This document shows, one piece after another, positions 27,405 through 41,150 of a stretch of DNA of 64,000 nucleotides (the stretch's first letter is position 1; every line of letters begins with the position of its first letter). The notes under the pieces were generated by a model. The model worked only from the letters and a program-made list of their open reading frames with translations. It searched no databases and was not told where the DNA came from. The position numbers were made by a program, and so were the translations under genes. This DNA is from Octopus vulgaris (taxonomy: Eukaryota). The DNA lies in NCBI GenBank assembly GCA_951406725.2, contig OX597819.1, positions 51,274,001 to 51,338,000 of the forward strand, written 5' to 3'.

Positions 27405-27792
27405 AGCGTAGGAGTGGCTGAGGGGTAGGTAGCTTGCTTACAAACCACATGGTTCTGGGTTCAGTCCCACTGTGTGGCACCTTGGGCAAGTTCTGCTACT
27501 ATAGCCTGGTGCCGACCAAAGCCTTGTGAGTGGATTTGGTAGACGAAAACTGAAAGAAGTCCGTCGTATATATGTATATATATATGTATGTGTGTGTGTG
27601 TGTTTGTCTCCCCAACATCGCTTGACAACCGATGCTGGTGTGTTTATGTCCCCGTAACTTAGCGGTTGGGCAAAAGAGTCCAATAGAATAAGTACTAGAC
27701 TTACAAAGTCCTGGGGTCGATTTGCTCGACTAATGGCTGTGCTCCGGCATGGCCACAGTCAAATGACTGAAACAAGTAAAAGAGTAAAAGAG
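27405..27792 (+). mobile_element. SINE family 1
   Basis: Homologous to other family-1 copies over full length. Confidence 0.9.
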
Positions 27793-27794
27793 TA

Positions 27795-28835
27795 TGTTGG
27801 CAAAATCACGGGCAAAATCGCTAGCACATCGGATGAAATGTTTAGCGGCACCTCTTCTAGATCTTTGCGTTCTGAGTTCAAATACTGCTTTGGTCAACTT
27901 TGTTTTTCATCCCTTCGAGGTCGATGAAGTGAATTACAAGTCCAGTATCGGGGTCGATGTAATCGACATGAATCCGCCTCCTCAAGTTGATTCGATCCTG
28001 CAACGAACCGACGTCCCGTTCAGAGACAATATTGTGATCTCGGTCACTTAACCGCCAAGGAGACCGGGTAACTGACAGTTTCGGTTCTAAAGTCCTCCCA
28101 AAATATTGTGGTTTTGACAGCAGTGTCATGGTGATGGTTTGCTGTCATCGTCATTGTTTTTGGATTGTTGTTGTTCTTTTTCTTATTCCCCTCCTCATTT
28201 TACTACTCCTCAGTTTCACCCACAACTCCTCCTCCGGCTCCACCTCTTCCTCCCCCAACTCGTTGCTATCGCTCTAAGCCCTAAAGGCCGTGAGCTGGCA
28301 GACCGTTAACACGCCGGGGTTGATAAAATGAGTTTCAGTCGAGCAGTGGGGTCGATGTAACCGACTTGTCCCCCTCCCCCCAAATTTCAGGCCTTGTGCT
28401 TATTGTAGAAAGGATTATTTCTCCAAGCTCTCAGCTTGCAGAATCGTTAGCACGCCAGGCATAGCCCTTAACGGTATTTCGTCCGAGTTACATCTGCCGT
28501 TACGTTCTGAGTTCAAATTCCGGCGAGGTAGACTTTGCCTTTTATCCTTTCGGGGTCGATTAAATAAGTACCAGTTACGCACTGGGGTCAATATAATCGA
28601 CTTAATCCGTTTGTCTGTCCTTGTTTGTCCTCTCTGTGTTTAGCCCCTTGCGGGTAGTAAAGAAATAGGTATTTCGTCCGAGTTTATATTTTGAGTTCAA
28701 ATTCCGATGACGTTGACTTTGCCTTTCATCCTTCGGGAGTCGATGAAATAATTACTAGTTAAGTTCGGGGGTCGATGTAATTGACTGCCGCCCACTAAAG
28801 TTTCAGGCCCTGTGTCTATAGTAGAAAGGATTATT
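27795..28835 (+). mobile_element. Cluster of Nin-domain-like SINEs (group 3), plus strand, partly nested
   Basis: Repeated gagctggcaga.tcgttagcacgcc..ttctgagttcaaattc..gactttgcctttcatcctttcggggtcgat.aaataagtaccag..ctggggtcgatgtaatcgac. Confidence 0.85.
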
Positions 28836-28869
28836 GCTCTAAGCTCCAAAACGTATTAACTCCAGTTAA

Positions 28870-29500
28870 TAATGGTTTCAAAATTTAGTCCAATACCAGC
28901 AATTTTAAGAGCAGGTTTTAGTCCATTACATTGATTTCCTACTTGACTGGAGGTACTCATTTTTATTGACCTGGTGGGACGAAAAGGAAAGCTGACGACG
29001 GCGGTATTTGAACCTAGACGTAAAAAGCCGGAAGAAATGCCATAAGCATTTTGTCTGACGTATGAACTTTCTGTCTGTTCGCCGCCGCCTTATTACTCCA
29101 ATTAATAATTCTTTCTATTATAGCGACAAGATCAGAGAATTTTGCAAAGAGAGTGCTAGTCGATAACTGATACCATCGATCCCAGCTTTCATGTGGCAAT
29201 TGTTTTATCAATTTGTCTAAAAAGCAAAGTTTACCTCGGTGGAATTTGCACTTAGAAAGTAAAAAGCCGGAAGAAATGTCACTAAGAATTTTCTCCGGCG
29301 TGTTAACGATTCTACCAGCTGGTCGCCTTGAAGCTCCACTTAGAAATAAAAAGGAAAGCAATGTCATTTCTACTATAAGTACACAGCCTGAAAGTTTGGG
29401 GTTGCGTTGCGGTCGATTACATCGACCCCAGTGACCAAGCGGTGCTTATTTCATCGATCTCGAAAGGATGAAAGCAAAGTCGACCTCGGCGGAATTTGAA
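28870..29500 (-). mobile_element. Cluster of Nin-domain-like SINEs (group 3), minus strand
   Basis: Reverse complements of the same motifs (gtcgattacatcgaccccag, gaaaggatgaaagcaaagtcgacctcggcggaatttgaa). Confidence 0.8.
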
Positions 29501-30044
29501 AAAGAAAAGTAATCACTCTATTCATGCTTAGATCCTTAAATCTCCAGCACATCTCAGATTCAAATACTGCTAGTGCTGATAAAATTATACCAGCTATGTT
29601 TTGAGGTAAATTTATTTGACTTATATCCCGACACTAAATTTTCTGTGGCATAAACACGGAATAAAGAAAACATAGCAACGATATTGGAACCAGGTAAGTG
29701 TAAAACGGTGTCAGAATAAGTACAGATTAAAGGTCATAATACTTGTTACTGATGTCGTTTTAGTTCCAGTAGGCTTTGTCTAACCTCTTAACATACACAT
29801 TTTTTTCAATTTCTATGCAAAAAAAATATTTTTTTAATTATTTATTTTGAATCTGTATATATAGAAGAATAAGGACACAAATTATTTTGGATCAGTTAAG
29901 ATTTATTATGAAGTTACTAATAGAAAAATAGTTTCTGATAGTTAATGATAAAAAACGGGAATAACATCATGAACGAAGTATTTCAGGCTGGAAATAAGTG
30001 ACGGTACTCAGTGTAGAATGAACGTATATATTCGTTCAAATATA

Positions 30045-30273
30045 TAGGGTTGGCGAAAAGTCACCCTTCAGTAAATCGAAATTCTATAAATACTATCTGT
30101 AATTCTATATTCACTCGAATGGGAAAATGTATCACTCAAGAAGGACGTTTGTTTGAACAATATTCATGATGTTTCATATTTAGATGCTTTTATTAAATTC
30201 ATTCAGTTGTTGAACATAAATCTTGGGATTAAATGGTTTTTATTTACTGTCAGGTGACTTTTGGCCAACCCTA
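30045..30273. mobile_element. Tc1/mariner-type MITE
   Basis: TIRs tagggttggcgaaaagtcacc..cagtaaat / atttactg..ggtgacttttggccaacccta with flanking TA. Confidence 0.85.
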
Positions 30274-30334
30274 TAAATTTACTAGAGATCTCTGAGCGAA
30301 AATATACGGGATAATGTATTAAAAAAAATAATAT

Positions 30335-30810
30335 ATAATAATAATGAAATTATTGTATACAGTGCTCAGGTGCACCACAACTTGTCAGAGTATATGCAGT
30401 AATGTACAAATGTCTGGAAAGCGAACAATGCATGAGTCAGATACATGCTTGTGTGTGTATGGAGGGGAGAAAATCAGGTGTAGTGTTGGCGAATCTCAGA
30501 AAGCATTGAAGTTTTGAAAGATGCAGTGCTCCGACAACTAACAACTGATGCCGGCAGTTTGTTCCATGCTTCAGCAACTCTCAGCGTGAAAAAATGTTTC
30601 CTGAAGTCATGGGAGCTCTGCTGTTTTCAGACTTTGTAAATATGTCCACGGGTGTTAGATGGGTGGAGTTTGAATAGGTGCTCAGAGTTATTGTTTGTAC
30701 GATGGTTGATAATTTTATGAGTGTCTGCCAAATCAGCCGCCAGACGTCGGAGTTTCAATGTGTCCATGCCCAGGGAAGTAAGGCGTTCAGGATATGGCAA
30801 ATGCCAAATG
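30335..30810 (-). mobile_element. 3' fragment of a second CR1-type LINE family
   Basis: Minus translation LPYPERLTSLGMDTLKLRRLAADL...TRGH...RKHFFTLRVAEAWNKLP (typical CR1 ORF2 C-terminus); short (TTA)n tail. Confidence 0.85.
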
Positions 30811-31289
30811 ATATTAATAGGTTAATATCAGCTCGGTTGTAATTGAGTCGATCCACGTTCTATGACGCTCCACCAATGTCCTTCCTGTTGATTATCTCTT
30901 TTATTATTTTGCAGAGACAGTATTTCTAGGAGTAAAATCTTTATCCAATAGTGATGATGGTGGATGATGATGAGGAGTATAATTTTTATCCATGTAGATC
31001 GGTGGTTCTCAACCGGAAGTCATTTGACCCTATGGGGTCTATATAAGATTTTGTCGTTAAAATTGTATGTCAGTTAATTCGTTATACTTCTACAATATAC
31101 AAACTCTTTTAACAATCTTTTTCTGTAGTTCTTAATAATATTTAATTCTAAAAATGTTCTTTTCTTTTTTTTTTTACGTTTCAATCATTTGACTGTGATC
31201 ATGCTGGAGCACCATACAGCCATGCCTGCGCTTATAGCATATTTTAAACATTGAATGACTATGGAAGTCTTGTACATTATTTACATTAT

Positions 31290-31331
31290 TTACAATTGAC
31301 GGAAATTCCAAGTTCGATTCCAGGCAGTGAT

Positions 31332-31418
<87 letters not shown>

Positions 31419-31580
31419 CATCGAAAGATACCTTAGGAATGAGAACCCAGGTTCGAAATTTCCCCAAGACACCTGTTGAAGACTGGAGGGTAAATCGGCC
31501 GAAACGTTGTGTTAACAACAAACAAGATGAGGACAGATTTCCGTCAAATGTAAATATTGTACGTACTTCCTCATTTCTTA
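31290..31580 (+). mobile_element. (AAT)n-containing repeat with hammerhead-like motif at 31468-31513
   Basis: GACAC CTGTTGA A GACTG gagggtaaat CGGCC GAAA CG TT GTGTT; stem I GACAC/GTGTT. Confidence 0.55.
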
Positions 31581-31659
31581 AACATAGAACTGTATGAGAG
31601 CCTTGTTAAGTAAAATAGAAATCAAAGGGCTCCATCGGCAAAACACGGTCGAGAACCAG

Positions 31660-32120
31660 TGATGCAGATGATGGTGGTGGTGATGGTGGTGGTGGTGGTG
31701 GTTATGTTGATGACGATTATGATGACGATGACGACGACGACGATGATAAAGGTAGTGATAACGGTTGCGATTATTTTGGAAGATGCGAGCCAAGAGGATG
31801 GCGCACAGGAAGACAAACATAATGGCGACTAAGGCGATGATTGATTATACTTGCCGCTTCCACAGCCGCCGACGACGACGACGAAGACGATGATGATAGT
31901 AAATGTAGAAGTGGTCGTGGTAATTTGGTGGTGATGTTGGTGGTGGTGGTAGTGGTTGTGGTGGTGGTGGTGGTGGTGGTGGTGGTGGTAGCGATGATAT
32001 ATTGGGATAGTGAAAGTCGTGATAGTGATAATTGTGTTGGTGCACAGAATGGTGGTGGTGATGCTAGCGGTGGAGCTGATCATGATGATAATAGTGGTGG
32101 TGGTGGTGGTGGTGGTGGTC
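31660..32120. repeat. Trinucleotide low-complexity tract (GGT/GAT/GAC)
   Basis: Direct; source of poly-H/V/P/G ORFs. Confidence 0.9.
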
Positions 32121-32279
32121 TTTGAGGGTTATAACTTCCATTGCAGTGATGACAATACAAATAGTGGTGGTGCTGATAGTTGAATGGATAACTTCGTTAA
32201 AAGTACGTTGAAATCAACTCTGCAGGAACTGAAGTTAAAAAAAGAAAATAGGAAAATTGAATTATTATGAAACTTCGTA

Positions 32280-32346
<67 letters not shown>

Positions 32347-32493
32347 ATACACACACACATATCACAACACATCGCCAAAGAAATTTATATATCATACCGA
32401 CATATACTCACGGAGATACCTTGCCAAACACACAAGTGCATTCATACACATATTTACTCACATAATTTTATATACATACATAATATACACACA

Positions 32494-32529
<36 letters not shown>

Positions 32530-32791
32530 GTATATATATGTATTATATATATATGTATATATATATATACATATATATACGTATTTTATATTATATATGT
32601 GTGTATGTGTGTGTGTGTGCATTTATGCATACAAGTGTGTGCGCATGTTTGCGTGCGCACATGTGTGTTTCTGTATGTACGTATTCACATGGTTTATTTG
32701 TCTTATTGACATGCGAACACATACAAAATATACACATATAAACCTATGCAAGATATGTCTAAGGATATATATAGATTCGTATACACATTTA

Positions 32792-32887
<96 letters not shown>

Positions 32888-32939
32888 AGTAGGTATATAT
32901 ATATATATATACACACACACATACACACACACACACACG

Positions 32940-32983
<44 letters not shown>

Positions 32984-33136
32984 GGTATGGTGATGCAGAC
33001 AGGGAAAATACAATTCAAAATATATGTATATTTTTATTAATATTTTGCAGGACTAATAGACTGACTTCGTCACTTCCTTTATATCCAAGATAACTGTTAA
33101 AATCGAACTGTAATCTTCAAAACTTACACAAAGACA

Positions 33137-33535
33137 TAGGCGCAGGAGTGGCTGTGTGGTAAGTAGCTTGCTAACCAACCACATGATTCCGGATTCAGTC
33201 CCACTGCGTTGCATCTTGGGCCGACCAATGCCTAGTGAGTGGATTTGGTTAGACGGAAACTGAAAGAAACCTGTCGTATATATGTATGTATATAAATGTG
33301 TATGTGTGTGTGTGTTTGTGTGTCTGTGTTTGTTCCCCTAGCATTGCTTGACAACCGATGCTGGTGTGTTTACGTCCCCGTCACTTAGCGGTTCGGCAAA
33401 AAGAGACCGATAGAATAAGTACTGGGCTTACAAAAAAAATAAGTCCCGGGGTCGAGTTGCTCGACTAAAGGCGGTGCTTCAGCATGGCCGCAGTTAAATG
33501 ACTGAAACAAGTAAAAGAGTAAAAGAGTAAAGAGT
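33137..33535 (+). mobile_element. SINE family 1
   Basis: Head ggcgcaggagtggctgtgtggtaag, internal microsatellite, CR1-like tail. Confidence 0.9.
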
Positions 33536-33647
33536 AAGTACAAGGTGAAATTACTACCTGCTCTTATAGCAGGTTGATGCCGGTAGTTTATCCCGACCCT
33601 TCTGACTTTTAGTTCGTGCATTTGAAAAACGCATTATTTGTGGTGTA

Positions 33648-33691
<44 letters not shown>

Positions 33692-34555
33692 TACTCACAC
33701 ACACACACACACACACCCACACACCCACACATAGACATGCACATAAGCACCCAGACGGGTAATTATGGACGAAGATATGCTGCATTTTTATACATACATA
33801 CATGCGTGTCTACGCGTGCGTGTTTGTGTGCGTCTGTATGTGCATATTTATGTATGCATATATATATATGTGTATTGTCTTAGTGAAACCTCTCAATGAG
33901 ATTTTCATATTGAAAATCATAGAGCCCAAGTGTTCGTCAGTGTTTCGACACCAGTTATCCACGTCAGTGATGAACAATGCAGATCTTACCGAGCAGAGTC
34001 CCAACAAAATTCGTTTCGTATAGAAATTGGTATTCAAAACATTCAGCGATTTCTACGAAAGCTGATCAGGCTAGAATTAAATTTCTATATGCACACATTT
34101 CAAACAGTATTTGATTGCAATAACGATATGCATAACAACATAGAACAGAAATAACTGTAGTAATATTTTAGTCTGAGATATATTTCCTATGCTGTTACAC
34201 ACACACGTGAAGAGACAAGCACAAACACATGTGGTGTGTGTGTGTTGTGTGTAAAGAATGGCACCTAGATCTACAGGCAAGCAGACATATCTAGTATGTA
34301 TTTCATAAATAGGCTTGTTAGTCAATTTCTGAATCTGCAATCATTAACCATTGATCACGAACTTCACAGTATAATGAACTATTCGGTAATAATTGCTTAC
34401 CATAACATGTGTTTATTTGCTGGCATATTGACAAACAAGCAAATTTAACTTATCCTACATAAAGAACATATATATATATATATGTATATGTATTTGTATG
34501 TATTTATATACGTATATATGTATATACAAATATACATACGTGCTTGTATATATAC

Positions 34556-34639
<84 letters not shown>

Positions 34640-34850
34640 GCGCGCGCGCGTGTGTGTGTGTTAGTATTTGCTTCAACAGTTTGTTTTAGATTAAATCTCC
34701 TGCCAAAATTACACAAAGATATATATGAGTTTGATATGTGCGTGAATGTGCTTCTACGTGAATTTACATATACCTATAAGTGCATGTGCGTATGGGTGGT
34801 GGTACGTGTGTGAGTCTCAACAGCTATATATATATATATATATATAGTTC

Positions 34851-35702
34851 TAGGCGCAAGCATGGTTCTATGGTAAAGCGCTTCCTTTACAACTACAACG
34901 TTTGGGGTTCAGTTCCTCTGCGTAGTACCTTGAGGAAGTGTCCTCCGCGCTACTGTCTTGAACTGACCAAAGACTTGAGAGTTGACTTGGTATCTATCTA
35001 TTTATCTAATTAGCTAGCTAGTTATATATGTTGTGTGTGCGCGCGCATACGCGTCTTTGCGTTTGGGTTTGTCTCCCCCGCTACCATTTGATAACAGGTG
35101 TTCGCTTCCTTACTTTCTCCGTTATATAGCGGTACGGCAAAATAGAGAACGATACAATAAGTAGCAAACTTAGAAAAGCACAAGGGTTTATTAGTTCGAG
35201 TAAAGTGATGAAGGTGGTGCCCCATCATGGCCGCAGAGGAATAAATGATAAAAGATACACACGTATAGGTATGGCTGTGTGGTAACATGGTTCCGGGTTC
35301 AATCCCTCTGCGTGGTAACTTGGGCAAATCTCTTCTAGTACAGTCTCGGGCCGACCAAAGCCTTGTGAGTGGATTTGGTAGACGGAAAGTGAAAGAAGCC
35401 CGTCACACACACACACACATATATATAATTATGGACGAAGATATGCTGCATTTTTATACATACACACATGTATATGTGTATGTACTGTGTATGTATATGT
35501 TTGTGTGTCTTTGTTTGTCCCCCCAACACCGCTTGACAACCGATGCTGGTGTCTTTACGACCCCATCACTTAGCGTTTCGGCAAGAGAGACCGATAGAAT
35601 AAGTACTACGCTTGCAAAGAATAAGTCCAGGGGTCGATTTGCTCGTCTAAAGGCGGTGCTCCAGCATGGCTGCAGTCAAATGACTAAAACAAATAAAAGA
35701 AT
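34851..35702 (+). mobile_element. Two tandem SINE family 1 copies (34851-35255 old; 35265-35702)
   Basis: Two head-to-tail copies of the family-1 motifs. Confidence 0.82.
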
Positions 35703-35837
35703 ATATATAAATATATATATGTATATATAAATTAGAGAAAAAACACTATTATGCAATTCAAACAATGACAGACATAAACCAAATCATAAAGAAAAATTAA
35801 AATATATTATAAAACATATAACTAGATCACAAAAAGT

Positions 35838-36351
35838 TCTCGTGGCTTCTGATCTTAATTGATTGGAAGTGTTATCATGTATATTGTTTTGTCTTGGTAC
35901 AGCAAATATTCTGCTCAATACCGCAGATTTGCTTGTCAGTTGTTTGACCATAACCAGTTGACCATGTCCCTTAATGGCTGACGATATGTGCGTATCTGAC
36001 CAGGAGCAGAAGTAGTGGGGGAGCATCATAGCCGTGTGTTGAAAGGAATTCTTGGAGGTTTGGATAATTCACCTTTGGGAACACGGGCGGTTCGTTCAAC
36101 AACCTTAAACAATCCTTATTCAGGGACCTTTTGAGCGGGATGGGCTACTCGACCAGAAGAAAATTCTAACTGTGCCCCACCTGCAAGGTCATGCGCTGTT
36201 TATCTTGATATGAGATCACCATGTCGCGCACATCTTGTTGTGATGCATGTGCTTGATGTACCCTTATCAGACGGGTAGTCATGATGGGTATACTGGGCTT
36301 CGTATATTTTACCCCACAGTCAGTTTGATGGCATGCACTGCTCTCTCACTC

Positions 36352-36420
<69 letters not shown>
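35838..36420. mobile_element. Second copy of the (AAT)n-associated repeat plus (AAT)n tract
   Basis: Homologous to 10430-10958; (AAT)n 36352-36422. Confidence 0.82.
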
Positions 36421-36424
<4 letters not shown>

Positions 36425-36464
36425 TAGACCAAAGCCAAACTTACAAATATTAGACCAAAACCAA

Positions 36465-36790
36465 ACTTAGTTCGCTTTTGGTGTATCTTTGAATCTCAGT
36501 GTAGGTCTTCCATAGTTTCTTTTCCCCTTGCATAGTTGGCAGTAAAGGAGTTCTCTGGGCAGTCTGTTGTCGTCCATAGTGTACGTATCCAAACTGACAT
36601 AAATTTTTTTCAATAAAGACTTCTATAATAAGAGGCAGATCAGCACACTGGAAGGTCTCTTTTTTGTTGATCTTGTCAAAGTGATATTTATAATTTGTTG
36701 TAACTGTCTCATTATATATGCCTGTAACTTTTCTATTTGAGCCTCATAGACTATCCAGGTTTAGGCTCCATACAGCAGAAAAATCATCAT
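36465..36790 (-). mobile_element. Degraded RTE (BovB-like) LINE 3' fragment
   Basis: Minus translation LLYGA*TW...RLPRELLYCQLCKGKRNYGRPTLRFKDT. Confidence 0.75.
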
Positions 36791-37824
36791 AATTAGAAAG
36801 TTTTTCCAGCCTTTTTTACTGTGATGATATTCTCATTTAGGTTTGCTTCACTTGTTAATAATAATATTGTTTTTTAATAATAATAATACGTTAGGGCTCA
36901 CTCGCATATACATGCATATTCTAAAATATCGCGTCATTTAATTTTCTACCGAATTATCTGGAGCATACCTATGATTTTTCCTACATATGAAGTGCATACT
37001 TTGCATATTTTCAAGTGATGATGTCTTCTGGCTTATTTTCATGCCTCAAGTAGAGTAACCAGTTAGCGTCATATACTATTTTCGGTGATATATTGTTTTT
37101 CAAAATATACTTCTGGTTTATATTTGGGACAACGCACAGGCCTGAAGGTGAACGCCGAAAATGCAACTCATCCGAGAAGAGCATATATTTCTCTAAAGAG
37201 TAACTGGTACAGCCTGGATTTTGTTTTTAGCATCGACAAACTAAACAGGTTACCGTCTGATCTGGTGTGAAGGTAAACACCATCAGTTGATATCTCAAAT
37301 GCGTGTCATATTATGAGTGCGAAGAAGATGCCAAACAAAACCTCATGACATAAGCGTTAAATAATATGTTTTCTGACACACTCAACATAAAATATGTTTA
37401 AACTAACTTTTGTTTTTCATACTAATGATACGGCTAAGTAATTAACCCCGAATGATTATTCATGTTTTAAATATTATTGCAACAGTCTATAGATTATTGC
37501 CGATGAGTTTAATAAAGCTTTGAAGTTTATTGGGAAGACAATTAGACATGAAAGGACAGAGTATTCTTCAACTAGAACAACGATTATCCGCCATAACCAT
37601 CAACGGTTGATCTGAATAATGTAATTATCAGCGATTATCCTCCATAATTATCGATGATTGATCTGAATAATGTAAAAGAGTTTTAAAATACAACCTCGAA
37701 AATTTTCTCCTTCAACAAAAAATAGCAAAAATTTCTTCCCTGGAAAACCCAAAAGGAATTGTTATAGTTCTATAGATTGGATCTTCATTTAGAATGAGAG
37801 CATAATTAAGCACACTGTTCATAG

Positions 37825-38200
37825 CTGTTTCAAATTTAGGAAAAAGTAATCAATTTTGAAGGCGGGTAGAAGCTTATATCTTCGACCCCAGTACTTGACT
37901 GGTACTTTATTTTACCAACCCGAATGGAGAAAAGGCAATGTCGAATTGAAATTTTGTACAGCGTCCTAGCAATTCTGTCCGGTCGGCACGTTAAGCACAA
38001 TGTATATATTGGTTTAAAATTTGGTACAGAGTCAACAATTTTGATGGAGGGGTGCTCAACTGGTACTTGTTTTATCGACTGCGAAAGGATACGAAATGCA
38101 AAGTCGACATCGGCGGAATTTGAACTCAGAGCTTAATGATAGGCGAAATGCCGCTAAGCATTTAGCCTAGTGTGCACTCATTCTACAAGCTTACTACCTT
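37825..38200 (-). mobile_element. Degraded Nin-domain-like SINE copies
   Basis: tcgaccccagtacttgactggtact, gcaaagtcgacatcggcggaatttgaactcag. Confidence 0.72.
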
Positions 38201-39535
38201 CACACACACTGTATAAATTGCTACGGCAGTATCTACAATATTGTAATACAACGGTGAAATAGGATCTTGTTTCCGTGAAGAAAATAAATGAATGAATTAC
38301 TGCCAAATACATAAATGAATTACTGCCAAATACATAAGCACTTATAAAGTAGATAATGCTATGGAAATTGCATCATATAATAAATGGATTAACTTGATAC
38401 AGGATCACTGCAGCGATAATATAAATAATGAAGATATTCTGGAAAACCTTATTACCTATCTCTGTATCACCGCAAAAGCTGAAAATAAGATCATGAAAGA
38501 ATAAACACCTTGGCGCAGACATGGTAAGAATAGGTATAATCAAAGTGAAAAAAAATAACTTTACTATTCAATGAAGCATTGCTTCATATCAAGGATGTTG
38601 GAAATAACTATACTGGTGGATATACAACTGAGATAGTGCATCATAACTTGGCGTAACATGCATACAGTTTCAATTGAATGAGACACTTAATACTACTTGG
38701 TTTAATACACCTTTATCTAAATAGGTGATACCTTTACTTGTACATTAAACACTGTAAATGGCAAAAGTAGTGTATAATACATCGTTACATCAATGACTAT
38801 GTTGATGACCTCTTATGTGATTGAAGTCACAACAATAAAGATTCAGAATCCAAAGTTGTGACAGAATCCACAGTATACGTTGACAAAATTTCAACGATAT
38901 ATATAATAGGCACAGGAGGGCTGTGTGTTAAGTAGCTTGCTTACTCTCGACACATGCGCCGTCAGTTGTCGGCTATTGTTACCGTGAATGTCACGTCGCT
39001 TTGAGGTACGTGAATAAGAGAAATAAAAGAGACTGGCTACGGGTTAGATATTTTGGTTTTTCTTTTTTCGAGTTCGGTGGGGATTGTTGTGTTATTTTTA
39101 ATAGATACCTGCTGAACTCTAGACATTTTTATCTGCCTGTGGTGAGCCTGGTTGTACTCAGTTTTAGTGAGTTAAAATCATATGGTTTGTTTTGGTGGGC
39201 GTATCTTACCACCAAAATATATCATATATGTATTATATATATATTATACATATCTATATATTACATATATTATATATATCATATATGTATTATATATTAT
39301 ATATATATATCACATATGTATTATATATATATTATATATGTATTACATATTATATATATTATATATATATTATATATAAATAATATATGTATATATATTA
39401 TATGTACATTATATATATATTATATATAAATATATTATATTATATATATATATTATAAATATTTCCGTGCTAATTGTTAATAAGGAAAAATACACACATC
39501 TATTAATATATTATATATATTATATATTATATACA

Positions 39536-39578
<43 letters not shown>

Positions 39579-39609
39579 CAGCACGTGTATATATTAAAAT
39601 ATTGTCTTC

Positions 39610-39897
39610 AGAATGAGATAAAAATATCAAGGCTGTGAAGATTTTATAACATTTAAAAATAGGTCTTACAGCTGTTTCCAGGATACTTATTATATCCCTT
39701 CATCGGAAACTGTGTGAGAAATTGGTTAACTAATATTTAATTTAGATAATTTTGCATCTTATCTTAATTAACTATTGCTTAACCATTTTCTCACACCGTC
39801 TCCGATGAAGGGATATAATAAATATCCTGGAAACAGCTGTAAGACCTATATTTAAATGTTCTAAAATCATCACAGCCTTGGTTTTTTATCTCATTCT
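39610..39897. mobile_element. Fold-back element with hammerhead-like motifs at 39663-39710(-) and 39798-39845(+)
   Basis: ~140-bp inverted arms, very short spacer; same family as 3662-4095; embedded in (TA)n. Confidence 0.83.
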
Positions 39898-39945
39898 AAA
39901 GAAATTATGTATATATGTATATGTATGTATATATATATATCTATA

Positions 39946-39999
<54 letters not shown>

Positions 40000-40223
40000 C
40001 ATATTTTATGCAGACTACTACCCACAATTCTATGTAGCAAATAGATTTGTTGAGTAAATAGATGAAATGGCTGCTTATTACTCAGGGATTGGTCAAATCG
40101 TGTACATATCTCTGACGAGACCCCAATAAGATCCGAAAGTCGATTAAGACTTTTCATCACTTTACACAAACTAAGGAGGAGTCTCGCTTGTATTTCTTCT
40201 ACGTAGGTTTATATGCATATATG

Positions 40224-40264
<41 letters not shown>

Positions 40265-40484
40265 GTGCGTGCGTGAGTGTGTGTGTGGTTGTGGATGTAC
40301 ATATATAGATATATATATACACAGGTCACACATAACGCTCTTACATACACAGACGGAAAAAAGTCTGTGGGAGTGCGCATGTCTATAATTTTGATATACT
40401 TGAGGTAAAAAATAAATATATATATAACCTCTCTCTTTCTCTCTCCTCCTTTTCTCTTCCCCTCTCGACCGATATGTACAGTGC

Positions 40485-40546
<62 letters not shown>

Positions 40547-40819
40547 ATATATATATATATTGCGTGTGTGTGTGTATGGATATATATTAGTATATATTCA
40601 TATGCATATACACTCATACACATATGTGTGTCTATAATTATTTTTAATGTTTACATATTTTGTTTGCAAGTGGCAAAATGTTTGGTGTTTACGTCATTGA
40701 TTTCTTGTTTTCTTGATTTCTTTTTTCTTTTCTTTTTTCTTGTTTTTTTTTTTGGCAAAGAGGCTAAGTGTTTATCCTGAATCAATAAAGAACTAAATAA
40801 ACAACGGAGAAGACAGCTC

Positions 40820-41150
40820 GGATGATGACGACTACAACGATAATGGCGATGACGATGACGATGAACACGATGACGGTGATGGTGACGGTGGGGCAGTTGG
40901 TAGTGGAGGTGACACTGATGCGCATAATGTTGAAGGAAAAAAATTATTTATGATGATAATGATGATGATGACGACGACGGTGATGTTGACGACCACGACG
41001 ATGATAATGATGATGATCCTCATCATCCTCATCATCATCATCATAGTAATGATGATCGTGATGATGGCGACGACGGTGACAACGACGACGGCGACGATGA
41101 TGATGATGGTGACACATGATGATGATGACGAAGACGACGGCGATGATGTC
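40820..41150. repeat. (GAT)/(GAC)/(CAT) trinucleotide tract
   Basis: Direct. Confidence 0.9.

Noticed and set aside
31175-31232. Novel tiny element
   Set aside because: It is a family-1 SINE tail fused to its own head on the minus strand, i.e. an internal deletion remnant.
31578-32125. Poly-His/Pro/Val protein exon
   Set aside because: Mixed GGT/GAT trinucleotide tract with no complex coding flanks or convincing splice context; same for 40820-41150 and 58570-59042.
37580-38340. Short local tandem duplications (~51 bp at 37581-37674; ~23 bp at 38291-38336)
   Set aside because: Ordinary slippage duplications with no further structure.
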